Part shown: positions 1 through 12,642 of the stretch, piece by piece
How positions within the stretch are numbered: position 1 is the first letter of the stretch
Layout: each line of letters opens with the position of its first letter
Source of the DNA: Selaginella moellendorffii
Lineage: Eukaryota > Plantae > Lycopodiophyta
Direction: 5' to 3'
NCBI RefSeq assembly: GCF_000143415.4
Contig: NW_003314268.1
Location: 2,922,559-2,986,558 of the forward strand
Length of the DNA stretch: 64,000 nt
Notes under the pieces: generated by a model
Database searches by the model: none
Told to the model about the DNA's origin: nothing
Seen by the model: the letters and a program-made list of their open reading frames with translations, nothing else
Made by a program: the position numbers and the translations under genes

Positions 1-1890
1 TATGTGCCTCCGCCTCGTCACCGGGCTGCTAAGGTTGAATTCGAGCGTAGATTTACTCGCGCGTTGTCTAAAGCTGGTATGATTTTCCAGGCTTGGAACA
101 GCAAGTGGACCGTGGAGATTCCTCAAAGGCGACTACAAAATGGTCTTGCCGGTGTAACCAAATTTTTCTGTACACAAACCAACAAAATTCTCAAGCGTTG
201 CTGTACACAATTGTACACAAACCAACAAAATTCGCACTGTATATAATTTTGACTTTTGTATTCGGGTAGTTTAGATTTCAATCTCACACAAACATTAAAC
301 ATTTTGACACTCTTTTGTTGGGACTTTAGCCTCATTGCTGTTATGTTTTTGCATCAATCCCACTTGTCTCTGAAACTCATTGTATTGCATGCATGTAGAA
401 GTAGGGTCCTTGCTCCGCACTTGGGCTCTATAAACACTTCATATATTGTCACTCTAACCAGTTTCAGTAAAGAATCTTTACTCTTGTTAAATAGACAATT
501 TATGAAATGAAATGTTAGTCATATCTCTATTGTGGTATTGTTAACCTTTAGTTGATTTAGCTCTTGTAATGTTCTACCTGAGCTGAGGAACTGTCCTGTG
601 TTTATAGTTATGTTTACCACTGGAAGTCACATTTTGATTGGAAAGTCCGGCTATGTCCTAAAGATTAATAGAGGTTAATGTCAGTTTTGGCTGGTAATTT
701 GGCCAAATGACAAAAGAAATGCCAATTGCAAGATTTCTGTCTCAAAGAACATTGAAGGAATCAAGTCGTAAAGTTAAGTATATTTAATTATATCTATAAA
801 ATATCGTATTACTCTAAAGAAAACGCAGAGTTTGTCGCGCAATGATCCAAGTTGCGTGATGGTTACCTCCGCGGCGCTTTTGAGACCAGACAAGTGAACG
901 ACAGCATCATCACTCTTGATATCTTTGATCGGTGGGAACGAAAACTAAGAAAAGATAATCGATGGCTCGATCAAGCCAAAGCCCATTACACACTGAATCG
1001 GATGTTGTCCTCGTAAACTAACATAAAGTTTAGGCACGAGAGGGGATTTGGACTATGATAGTTTAGTCGGCGTAGCACATGACATGGGATTGTGGCTTTA
1101 GATATAATCACCTAGAACTTTAGTGATCTCGTGAGAGAGAGATTCGCTCCCCATTCGTGCCGGATATTCTCTCGGGGTCTCGGACAAAGCATAGCAAGGC
1201 GGGAAAGTCCTTTCTTTTTTACCAGCGCGTCACGAGAGAAGGCCACGCCAGGCCGGGCGTGGTAATCGTGGCTTTTAACGCCTGCCTAGGCGCTCGTATC
1301 GTAATCGTATGTAAGTATATGGGATAAAACTCGGGCACTATCCACTTCCCCCTTTTCACTTTTTAACCCGGCCGTATTTCGTACCTGGTAATTATGGTAT
1401 TTGGCCTTCTTGAGTGAGCTCTGGTTCTACTCTCTCTCTCTCTTGTTCTTAGATCATCTCTCTAGCATCACTGCCTCTCTAGGGCAACAGTTTGGCGCTT
1501 CTCGTGAAGCGAGCGAGGGAATCTCTAGCTAGCTCCACCGCGCGCCGGGCATGAATTCCTAGAAAATTTACCAGGTGAGCGCTCTTCTTGCTTCCAGGAT
1601 CGTCGAAGCGAGAGCACTGCGGGATTCTTCTTGATATTTTCTCGATTTGTGAGGTTCCCCTGCCGATCGGGTGTGCATTCCTCGGAGAGTTTGGATTCCA
1701 TCGCCGCGCCTGTTCTTGATCCTGGTCCGCGATCGATAGCTGGCAGTATGATCGATCCGCCGAGAGGAAAGGGCTAGATTTTGGCTTGTTGCTGCTCGAA
1801 TGCGCGATTCTTGATGCTTCTCTCGCCCAGGAAATTTCGATTCTAACACCGGCGCCTTGGCACAGATCGCGGTCGGCGCCTGGATCGATC

Positions 1891-3977
1891 ATGGATCCTT
1901 GCAACTGCATTGACCCGCTGTGGCCGGCCGAGGATCTCCTCATCAGGTACCAATACGTGGCCGACATCTTCATCGCCCTGGCCTACTTCTCCATCCCGAT
2001 CGAGCTCGCCTACTTCGTGCTCAAGTCCTCGATCTTCCCCTACCGCGGCGTGCTCATCCTCTTCGGCCTCTTCATCGTCCTCTGCGGCGCCACACACATG
2101 ATCAGCCTGTGGATGGTGGAGACGCACTCGCGCGGCGTGGAATGGGTCATGACCGTCGCCAAGGCGCTCACCGCGGTCGTCTCCTGCGGCACCGCTCTCA
2201 AGCTCGTCCAGATCATCCCCGACCTCCTCAGCGTCAAGACCCGCGAGCTCTTCCTCAAGAACAAGGCCGACGAGCTGGACCGGGAGATGGGACTGATGCG
2301 CACCGAGGCCGAGACCGGCAAGTACGTGAGGATGCTCACCAAGGAGATTCGCAACAGCCTCGTCAAGCACACCATCCTCAACACCACGCTGGTGGAGCTG
2401 GGCAAGACTCTGGGGCTGGAGGAGTGCTGCCTGTGGATGCCGAATCGCAGTGGCACGGAGCTGGAGCTGTTTCGGAGCCTGCGATCGCCCAACGCGGTGG
2501 CGGCCAGCGTCCCCGTCCACCACCCCGACATAAAGCTCGTGTTTGGAGCCAACCGGGCCGTGGTCATCCCCTCGAGCAGCCCGGTTGCGATTCACGTACT
2601 CACGGCCGCTGGCAACGCTTTCGCGAGATCATCGTGCAGGTACGCTCCAGGAGAGGTGCTGGCGGTCAGAGTCCCGTTTCTCCACCTGAATGACTTTCGG
2701 GTCGGGGACTGGTCTCAGGCTCACGGTCACCGGCCGTTTGCTCTCATGGTGCTCGTACTGCCGCCAAACAGCGCCCGGAGATGGAGACCTCACGAGCTGG
2801 ACATGGTGGACGCGGTTGCCGACCAGGTTTGGTTCTCGTTCCTTTCAGTCACATTCTCGCAAAGGCTTTGTAACGAGTTTGCCACCATTTTCGCAGGTTG
2901 CTGTTGCTATGTCCCATGCGTCCATCCTGGAGGACTCGATCAAGGCCAGGGACCTGCTGATGCAGCAGAACGTGGAGCTCGAGACGGCCCGGCGCGAGGC
3001 GGAGAGCGCTGACCGTGCCCGGAACAACTTCATGGCCGTGATGAACCAGGAGATGCGGACTCCCATGAACTCCATCATCGATCTCACTCACAGGCTCGAG
3101 GAGACCAGCATGACTCAAGACCAGCGGGCTCTAGTCGATACGATCCTCAGGAACAGCACCCTCCTGGCCAAGCTCGTCAACAGCGTGCTTGACCTGTCGA
3201 GGCTGGAGGACGACAAAACCGTGCTGGACATGCGAGCTTTCAGGCTCCGCGCCATTTTCGAAGAGGTACGTTCGCATTTCTCTCTCACCGTGATACAGTC
3301 CCTTCTACTTTGGTGGCGATGCACAGGTGATGGAGCAGATCAAGCCTGTGGCCTCGGTGAAGAAGTTGGCCTTGTCACTGTCACTAGCAGCCGATCTTCC
3401 CGACTACGTCCTCGGTGACGACCGTCGCCTCGTCCAAGTTCTCCTCCAAATCACCGGAAACGCCGTCAAGTTCACCAAAGAAGGCAGCGTGAGTACGAGC
3501 GTGAGGCTGGAGAAGGGCGTCAATGGCAGCAACGACCAGCATTGTTACATCCGAGTACAGGTAGCGTCACAGTCTCTCGGTTTCGATCTTCCGGGTGTGT
3601 TTGTTAGCTCACGTCGTTCGTATATAACTTCCAGGTGAGAGACACGGGCCAAGGCTTCCTCCCGCAGGACATACCCAAGCACTTCAACAGGGGTGGGATG
3701 ATTCTCGACGCCAAGAACATCAAGCATTACAGTGGCACAGGCCTGCCGATCTCCAAAAGGTGGTTTGTGATGTATATATTAATTATCTGGGACTCAACCT
3801 TTTTCCATGGTTTTGAGTTCCAGGCTGGTAAATCTCATGGAAGGCCACATCTGGATCGAGAGCGATGGCCCTGGCAAGGGATCGGTGGTCACCTTCATTG
3901 TAAAGTTGCAGAGATGCGTAACTCACACTGTGAGCGATGATCCGGAGAGGGAGCCACTGCTTGGCTCCAACTTTTGA
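1891..3977 (+). CDS. Ethylene receptor, subfamily-I/ERS1-like (3 TM + GAF + degenerate His-kinase, no receiver domain)
   Basis: Exons 1891-2826, 2897-3265, 3327-3560, 3635-3759, 3824-3977 with GT-AG introns. Motifs: [33 protein letters not shown] (Cu ligands), [33 protein letters not shown]. Stop follows the HATPase domain. Confidence 0.95.
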
Positions 3978-4127
3978 GGCGGCGAACTTGGCCGAGGAGT
4001 CTGCTGGCTACAACCAACATACTTCCGCCCGTCGTGGTAGCTCTCCTCTTTTCTTTTCTACCCAGTATAACCCCTGTGCGTAATTTCTGTTTCTTCAGCT
4101 CCGCTGTGATCAATCAAACCGGGGATC

Positions 4128-4800
4128 TCACAGAGGCGTGGGATTCAAGGCCTCGCTCGCGTCGGCGTCGGCATCGTCGTCTTCGTCGTTGCCGCCCCCG
4201 TCGGACACTTCTGCCGCTGCCGAGTCGCCGTCGTCCTCGAGCCCCATCTCTTTGAGCGTTTCCTGGACGAACTCCATCATGAATCTGTTGTAGAGCCTCT
4301 TGATGGTACGTATACACTTCCTTCTCTCGCCCGCGGGCAGTGCCGGTTTGTTCATCCCCTCCTGGCCGGACACAAACGTGTCCCACCCGTTCGCGGCCTC
4401 AAACTGTCCCAAGGCAGAGAAGTCTCGTCAAGTTTCAGTGCGCGAAAGCTTGGTTTCTAAGACGCACCTTGCATTTTCCACCCGTTCGGAGGATCATAGT
4501 GGCCAGCTTCCCCATGTTGACGAACTGATTCGCGGCTTTAGGATGGACGCAAAAGACCGGCTTTCCTTTCTCCTTGAGCCAGTGCCGGAGTTCTTTGGTC
4601 GAGACTTTGCATGGATCCAAGTCTGTAAAGAGAGAAGCTTGTCAATCCACCCATTTTTTCTCCTATGCAAGCTAAAGCTTGCCTTTCTTTAGACGAGGGA
4701 GAAGCGCGCAGGCCGACGAGAAGCCGTGGTTCCTGAGGCAGTGCTCTTGCCAATCGCCCTCGTATGTGTTGATGAAAGCTTGGAGCTCGCGGCTAGCCAT
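4128..4800 (-). CDS. ~182-aa protein with a divergent ARID/BRIGHT-like domain and acidic tail
   Basis: Exons 4800-4683, 4622-4468, 4403-4128 (60-bp GC-AG and 64-bp GT-AG introns) join in frame. LRHWLKEKGKP..P....VNMGKLATMILRTGG....NGW...IKRLYNRFMMEF fits ARID spacing. Confidence 0.65.
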
Positions 4801-5219
4801 GTCCTTGGGATGAGCAAAGGGGACGTGGGGAGGCCACTTTAGCTGGCTACACTTGGAGATACACAGTGGATGTCCGCCTCGCTGCATCTCTGCAACACAG
4901 CTCTTTTGTTTGCTCGCTCAAAGTCTAGAATTGGTCGCAAGGAAGAGAGCGAGCGTGGAGGAGGAGAGAGAGCTTAGAAGAAGAGAAGCGCCCAGACTTA
5001 CTTCTTTCGTGTCACAGAAGCGCCCGTGGAGGCCCTGGGCCGCGGAGAGAGGCCGCAAGTAGTCCGTCCAGATCTGGCAGGCCTTTGCCCGGAGCTGCTT
5101 GGAGCGGCATGGCTTCCGCCCCTTGGAACTAGTGCTGGAGTTTCTAGTGTCGGCCGCTGCTCCTCCATTTTCCCTTCCATGGCGAAATATTTCAAGGCAA
5201 GAACGATCGATCATCGATC

Positions 5220-5501
5220 TTACCTGCTATCTCCTGGTGACGCTGGTGGATCCAGTAATCCCTCTGAAAATCCTGCGCCCGTGCTGCCTGGATTGTCCCC
5301 AATCTTGGTGTGGAAACTGCGATGGCAGCCACAGGCCGAGCAGATTTTGCTCGTCTCGCAATCGGTGTCGAATTCCTGGCATCCATCCAGCAAGTAGCCG
5401 CCATTGCCCAGCGCGTGATTGCGCTTGCAAGCGCCGTAGCGCTGCGATGGCGCCGAAGCCTTGGCAGCAATGGGATCGGGCGCTCTCTTCTGTGACGCCA
5501 T
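5220..5501 (-). CDS. Mini zinc finger (MIF)-type protein, ZF-HD dimerisation domain only
   Basis: RYGACKRNHALGNGGYLLDGCQEF...CSACGCHRSFH matches the ZF-HD dimer motif; 93 aa with no homeodomain. Confidence 0.85.
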   Translation of the reverse strand: MASQKRAPDPIAAKASAPSQRYGACKRNHALGNGGYLLDGCQEFDTDCETSKICSACGCHRSFHTKIGDNPGSTGAGFSEGLLDPPASPGDSR

Positions 5502-5700
5502 CCCTGCCAAGAACCCTAAAATGTGAAGCCTTAAAACGGAATATACCATAAACGGATATTTATTTGTAGGGTTCTCCTTTAGGGTTTGTGCTCGTCGCGG
5601 TCGGCAAGGCGGTTTTCTCCCATCTCCCGTGAATCGGGAGCGCGGATTTCATGGTTTGATCGCAGAGAAGAAAATTCGCGCGTTGCCAGCAGATTTAGTG

Positions 5701-8243
5701 ATGCCCTGGACGAAGGCAGACCAGCTCTATCGCTCCGCCATCGCCTGCTTTGGGGGGAAGTCGGGATTCAAGCGAGCAAGGAACCAGACGGTGCTGTATG
5801 GCTCCTCCACTCGCGCGTCGACATGGAGGTTCTACTCCTTCTCCTCGATTTTCCTTCGCCAATTTCACGCCAGCGCCGCGCTAGAGAAGGCGGCGAGGCT
5901 TGAGACGGTGTCCAATGCGAGGCGGGCGGCGTTTTTGATACACTCGTGGAAGAGCTGGAAGCAACGAAGGCACCTCTTTCTTCTCCACTCTCCGGAAGCC
6001 AAGTTTTGCTACTGGAAGCCAGCTTTTTTTGTTGGTTTGGGAAACCACAAAGGTCAGGTACATACATTTCTGGGGTTTGAGCTTGATCTTTCGTGACTCA
6101 AAGCTGGATTTTTTAAACTTTTTTTTTCTTTTGGATCTTCAGATGATAGTCAGGTGGATGGCTTTTACACTCGGGAGTGCTCCTTTTCTCTTCAAAGGAG
6201 CGGCAATGGCCGAGGAGGCAAATGGTGGAATGAAGTGGCCTTTTGGAAGCCTGTATGATCATCCTCCACCCACGGGTCTGTCTTTAAGCCACACGGATTT
6301 GCAGCTCAAGAAGGCCACCTTCCGGCAAAAGGTACTACAATTTCATCCCGAGCAAAGGTGTTGGTATTCTTGATCTGATAAGTGATTCGTTTTCATGGCA
6401 AAGACAGTTGAAGCAGTGTTGCTCTTCTTCCGCACGCTGTACCTGTTTGCTCTCTTCACTCCAGCGTTAGTGCTATCGATGTTCGCAGCGGACAAGCCTG
6501 ACTCGAGGTTGCGTGCTGCGTGGTTGTATGTGCTTTTGAGAACTTTAGAGTATGCTGGTACGTCTTTTTGCCTATCTGAGGATTAAGCTTATGTATCGTG
6601 CTTTCTTTTAGGCCCTGCTTTCATCAAATGGGGACAATGGGCCGCCACTCGTCCTGATATGTTTCCAGCGGACATATGCCAGCAGCTATCAAAGCTACAT
6701 TCGCAGGTTTGTGTTTGTTTGATTCCCGCCAACTTTTTTCTGAAGTTAATATCTTTAGGCACCTGCCCATACGTTTTATGAAACACGTAAAATCATTGAG
6801 AAGGCGTTCCATTTACCTTTAGATCGTCTGTTTGAGGAGTTCTCTGAGAAACCAATAGCATCTGGAAGCATAGCACAGGTATCGTGCTTTGGTGCTTCCT
6901 CGTTAGTGTTATCTTGACTTTTTCTCAGGTGCACAAAGCGGTTTTGAGAACCAAAGGTCAAAAGCCACTTGTAGTTGCCGTTAAGGTACACAATCTATTC
7001 TGAAGCTCTCCTTTGACAAGTCCTTTTGAAGGTCCGGCATCCGCGTGTGAGCACGGTTATTCAGCGCGACTTCGTGATAATGAATTGGTTAGCCCGAATG
7101 TCGACCAAGTTTTCTTCGTTAGAACACTTGCAGCTAGATAAAACCGTCCAGCAATTCGCGACGTTCATGACAAAACAGGTGAGGCTGTTATACTCGCATA
7201 TATAATTACCAGTCTCGTTCATTTCCCAGGTAGATTTGACTCTTGAGGCAGCACATTTGATGAGGTTCATATACAATTTTCGGCAATGGCGAAATGTTTC
7301 TTTTCCACGGCCTATTTATCCACTTGTGCATCCCGAAGTTTTAGTTGAGGTAACTTACGATAAACTTAGGTTTCCTATATCGATTTTAAATGGTAATTTT
7401 TGCAGACATTTGAGGAAGGCCGGAGCATCCAAGATTTTATCGACGAAGGTCCACGGACGAAACTACATTCTCAGTTGGCCAGGCTTGGGAGTAGTCTACT
7501 TTTGAAGATGTTGTTGGTATGGAAACTTTTTAAGCTGATTGCTGCTTATTTCGATCGTGGTATGGCAGTCAGATAATTTCATTCATGGTGATCTCCATCC
7601 TGGCAATATGTTCGTAAAGCTGGGTAAAAAGGTTCCTCAATTGATACTATTAGATGTGGGAATGACAGCCGAGCTAAGTCAAAGAAACCGGTACATTCTT
7701 CTGGAACTGTTTAAGGTATCTATTGCTTCTCTTTCTTTTCCATGGCTTATCTGACAACGTCCTTTGAAAGGCACTCTCCGATAAAGATGGAGCTCGAGTT
7801 GCACGCTGCGCACTTGAGTTTTCAGAGGATCAAACGTGTACCAATCCAGAGGTATGCTGTTTTCAGCCGGGAAGACATCACACTGAAGCGTTTGGTCACA
7901 GGCTTTCGTAGGCGATGTCGACAATACCTTCAAGCAATACTTGTCAGTTCGAGGTACTTCGAAGATGGGTGATTACATAGCAGAGCTGTTTGAGCAAGTG
8001 AGAAGGTACCGCGTCAACCTCGATGGTGAGGTGTGCACGGTAATGGTGACGGTAGTCATTCTCGAGGTCAGTCATGCGCTGTGCCAATTCAGAGTGCCTA
8101 AGCTGGTTTGCTTTCCTTTTCAGGGTTGGCAACGTAAGTTGGACATGTCTCTGGACATAATGCGAATGGTCAAGGAGCTCCTTTTCAAAGCTGAATGGAC
8201 TGCCTCCTTTGAATATGTAATGGGTGCCATCGCTGCTCCATAG
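5701..8243 (+). CDS. ABC1/UbiB atypical kinase (ADCK2-like), multi-exon
   Basis: AGPAFIKWGQWAATRPDMFP, PIASGSIAQVHKA, VAVKVRHP, DNFIHGDLHPGN, LLDVGMTAEL, LEGWQRKLD. Start codon uncertain. Confidence 0.9.
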
Positions 8244-8402
8244 CCAAAATTTTGTCCTAAGTAAAAAGGTGCCGAGTCCCACACGCCTCGACGAAAGTCC
8301 TTGCGCCGTTGGACTTTTAGCAGGAAACACGTCTCCTCGGTGCAGCATTTTTTTTTTTAAATTAGGAAGGAGTGAATTGCAGGAACTCAAAGATTGCTTC
8401 GA

Positions 8403-9637
8403 ATGGCAAAGGTAGTTTGCGTGACTGGAGCTGGTGGTTTCATTGCCTCGTGGATCGTTCGTGATCTTCTGAAGAAAGGCTGTACGGTTCATGGCACTGT
8501 CCGCGATCCAGGTTCTTGTTTCTTATCTTTGTCCTATCTTAGTTTGTGAAGTGATGGTGGCGTTCAGATAACGCCAAGTATGGACATCTAAAGCAATTGG
8601 ATGGAAGCGAGAGACTCAAACTACATAAAGCTGATGTTCTTGACTACGATTCAATCGCTGACGCGATTCGGGACTGTGAAGTTGTGTTCCACACCGCTTG
8701 CCCTGTAACCATATCGCCTGAGAATCCAGATGTATGTCCTGTTTCATTTCTTTTCTCTGGATAAGGCTGACTGTGTAATTGAGTCCCAGGATGTTTTGGT
8801 GCCAGCAATCACCGGCACTCGCAACGTCTTGAAAGCCTGCGCACAGGAGGGGATCAAACGGGTCATCGTCACGTCGTCCATGGCTGCAGTTCTGTTCGAT
8901 CCGAATCGGCCTAGGGAAAGAATTGTCGATGAGAGCTGCTGGTCTGATATTGACCTCTGCGGGAAGATGAAGGTAAGAGAACTTTATCGATGGTAGACTT
9001 TACTCACTGGAACTCTTGTTTCAAGGTATGGTATGTGGTAGCCAAGACGGAGTCTGAGAAGCTAGCGTGGAGTCTCTCCAAGGAGTACGGCCTTGACCTC
9101 ATCACGATCTGCCCCTCGTACGTGTTTGGCCCGATGCTCCAGCCAACGCTGAATTTCAGCAGTGAGGTCTTGAAGGTTCTCGTGGATGGTTTGTGCTAAG
9201 TTTTCACTGCTTGAGAAGCCTGTTAACGTCTCGTTTTGCAGGTAGCCAAAGCAGCTATGCCGATGTGTCCATCTCAGTTGTGGACGTGAGAGACGTCTCA
9301 AAAGCTCACATTAAGGCCATGGACAAGGAGGAGGCCTCGGGCCGCTATCTCTGCGTGGAAAGTGTGGTGTCCAACAGGGAAATCATCGAGATTCTCAAGG
9401 CCAAGTTCCCTCAGCTTCCATATCCAAAAGAGTAAGCATTTTCTTTCCGGGGTTCCCATTAAAGCTGGAAACGCCAGGTGCGTTGCTGACAAGAGCGGTT
9501 TGAGTGAATACGGCGGTAATCCCGAGAAAATAGCAAAGAAGAAGATCATGGAGCTGATTACTGAATTCGACATACCACTCGAACGAATGCTGTATGACAC
9601 AGTCTCCGATATGCGAGACAAGGGATTGTTACCTTAG
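8403..9637 (+). CDS. Cinnamoyl-CoA reductase-like NAD(P)-dependent reductase (SDR)
   Basis: [57 protein letters not shown] (YxxxK), [18 protein letters not shown]. Lacks the NWYCY signature of true CCRs. Confidence 0.9.
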
Positions 9638-9650
9638 TTTCATCTTCACA

Positions 9651-9720
9651 AGTCGATACGGTCGTCAGGAACACAGCGTGCTTGACCTGTCGAGGCTGGA
9701 CGAAATAATGCGAGCTTTCA
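9651..9720 (+). pseudogene. Collapsed fragment of the ethylene-receptor exon 2
   Basis: 9673-9700 is a 28-nt exact match to 3180-3207; flanking patches match 3133-3154 and 3230-3242. Confidence 0.85.
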
Positions 9721-9880
9721 AACTCTACATTAGATTCATATGGATAGTTTTTCCACACTACATTTCTCTTCATTTCTTTGTTTCGACGGTCGTATTTTTC
9801 TCAAGACTGGGAAGAAAGATAAAAGGGAAAAAATAAAATGACGTGGCGCGCCCTAGCAGTTGCTTTGGCTGCAACCCTAG

Positions 9881-10462
9881 ATGATGGAGTCCGAGCAGGC
9901 AGTCGTGGAGAGCATGGGCACCGGGCCTATGGACTCCATGAGCCCAGTTGATATGCTCAAGTAAGTTAAATATCTCTTGTTTTTCATTTGTTTCTCTTGC
10001 TGCTGTTACCAGGCTTCTGGAAGACGAGGCCGAGCGGCTGTGTCAAATCGAGCAAAAAATTCTCAACCAGCTACACCACTTACAGGTATGAAGATTCAAC
10101 TTCCATTCCAATGTGTTCTACGTGTTCTTTGTTTCTTTCATTCCCCAGGTAGAGGAGAGCATTTACACACAGGCCATGAAGCAACTGGAGACGACCAACA
10201 CAACGAGCGAGCAGCCCAAGGAGGCGCTCGACGAGGCGGACGAGGTACCTAGCAGTGAAATCGTTCCTCTTTCCTGACAACTTTGCATTTTCTCCTGTGA
10301 ATTCCCGACTAGGATGACGATGACGACATGAACTTTGCGGAGGAGCTTGATCGCGAGCTCGCCGAGGCTCTCAAGGCCACACTCCAGGCAGATGACCTCT
10401 TGAGAAAGGACGACACTGGCACTGCAGCTCCCGAGGACAAAGCGTCCCAAGACATCGAGTAG
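9881..10462 (+). CDS. Small 4-exon coiled-coil/acidic protein, SNAPC5 (SNAP19)-like
   Basis: Spliced reading MMESEQ...DMLK|LLEDEAERLCQIEQKILNQLHHLQ|VEESIYTQAM...|DDDDDMNFAEELD...DIE*. The L.xQL..L.VEE motif resembles SNAPC5. Confidence 0.6.
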
Positions 10463-10512
10463 AAGAGAAAGTTTGCGGTCTCCAGTTTTGTACATAAGCA
10501 AGGACTTTTGTG

Positions 10513-12578
10513 TCAATGTTTGAAGTATTTGATGTGAACCAGGTCCCCAACTTCACTGATAACCTGGACAACAACAGCGCGTGGTTATAGACTCGGAAGG
10601 GATTTTACCACGTACGGACCTCTAGTGCTTGCTCCAAGTCTTCCTTGGTGTGTGACGCCGAAATACATATCCTGGCTCGGGCTAGGAGTAAGGGTGTCGC
10701 TGGAAAGGCCACAGTCACAACAGCCACCTATAAAACAGAAAGAAGAATCAAGACTTCCGCTTCAAAGTTGCAAAGACTTACATTTCGCCTGAGGCACTCG
10801 CGACTGAAGGCGGGGATCTTTGCTGGATTGTAAAGCATAATCGGCATAACTGGAGAGTCTCTGTCACCCAGGACCTCAAATCCCATCTTCCGTAGCTCCT
10901 GACGGAAATAGTTACTGTTTTCTCGTACTTGAGCAAGCTTTCGGGCACCTGAATGAAACATTCCATAAGGTATCTCAGTCTCTGTAAGCAAGCAAACGTA
11001 CCCCTATCAGTGTCATCTTCACCAATTATGACTTTCATGGCCGATATTACTTGTTGCGCAACGGGAGGTGACATTGCGGTTGCGTACATATGGCCAGGAC
11101 TAATGCTCTTCAAATATGCGATAAGGTCCTGCAAAGATATTCTCATCCATGAGTCACAATAACCAGGAGAAAGTTGTCTTACTTTAGATCCCGCAATGTA
11201 TCCCCCGGAAGAACCAAAAGACTTTGTGAACGTACCCATCATCACATCTATATCAGCAGGATCAACGCCCAAGTGCTCGCAGACTCCTCTCCCAGTCTTT
11301 CCAATGGCGCCTATACTGTGTGCCTCATCAAGGTACACGTATGCCTATTCCAACAGTTTTTAGAAGACATTGAGAGAGCAAAATACCTTGTAGGCTTTGC
11401 AGACTTGCACTATCTCTTTTAATCTGCAAATCTCCCCCTCCATGCTGTAAATCCCTTCCACGACAACAATTATCTTTTTCCAAGGCCGATGAGTCCGAGG
11501 TTGTCCTTCAGCAATGTTCTCCCGTAGCACCTCTTCGAGATGCTGGGGTGCTGAAAATTCGTATCAGCATTCAGTGAGAAAAACGCAAACGTAAAACAGC
11601 TTACAGTTGTGCTGGAAAACTTTCACTTTGGAGCCAGAACTACGCGCTCCAAATATAATAGATGCGTGGTTCAAAGAATCGCTGATGATTAGTCCTCCCT
11701 ACCACATGCCATAAGCTTGCGACATAAATTCCACAAAGAAAAATCATACCTTGCCAATAAGGCCTGGTAGTGTGGTTGAGTTGGTCGCGAAACCCATTCC
11801 GTAAACCATTGAATCCGGTTTGCCAACGAATCGTGCAACCAACTCCTCTAGCTCTACATGGAGTGATGTAGTTCCTGTAATTCATAAAGTTAGGTACTTT
11901 CTAGAAAGGAAAAAAACGGAAATTTTACCTCCATCAACACGGCTAGCACAAGTGCTAGCACCATATTTTTCCAGAGACTCGATCACCCGCGGCGTACAGT
12001 ACTCGTCAGCGGCAGCAAATCCAAGGTAGTTGTAAGAGCCAAGGTTGAGACATCTCCGGGTCTTGAAGGGCCGACTATCAAAACAAAAAATCCAAGGATC
12101 AGGGAAGCTCCCGAAAAGAAACTTCCAAAAGCACGAGAATTCTAAGTACCAAACACAAAAAGTTATCACCTACTGTAAAGTCTTGTTATTATCGCTCGAC
12201 TCCCTTTCAATCACATCGATCCACGACTCTGGAGCGCTCGCAATGGGCCGATTGAAGCAATCCTTTCACAAAAGAGAAAAGAAATCTAAAACCAAGACCA
12301 GTCCAGCGAAATATTACCTGGATCCTGTGGTATAAGCGCCTGGCATAGAAATCTTCATAGCTCCGACACAATGGCGCATATCCCTGTAGAGCAAGCGAGA
12401 AATCCAGGGATCCGGCTCAAATCCAGCCTCAAGAAATGCTTACCGGCGGATTCGCGTCCTTGATCGCGAAGAATGCCCTGTGGATCGAGCGGCACAAATC
12501 GCGCAGATGACCTAGCACGAAGAGCAGGCCGTAGCTGATGTAGGTGGAGTAGAGCGTGAGAATGGACGCTGTGCTCAT
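10513..12578 (-). CDS. LCB2: Serine palmitoyltransferase subunit LCB2
   Basis: [65 protein letters not shown] (PLP lysine); many short introns. Confidence 0.96.
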
Positions 12579-12642
12579 TGCGCTGGCGAGTCGCGAAGAA
12601 AATAAACGAAATGGAGAAACAGAGCACGAGTAGACCTAATCA

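Noticed and set aside
1-520. ORFs at window start
   Set aside because: No recognisable homology; possibly the tail of an upstream gene.
1843-2693. Overlapping 175-257 aa ORFs across the ethylene receptor
   Set aside because: Shadow ORFs of a GC3-rich coding exon with no recognisable motifs.
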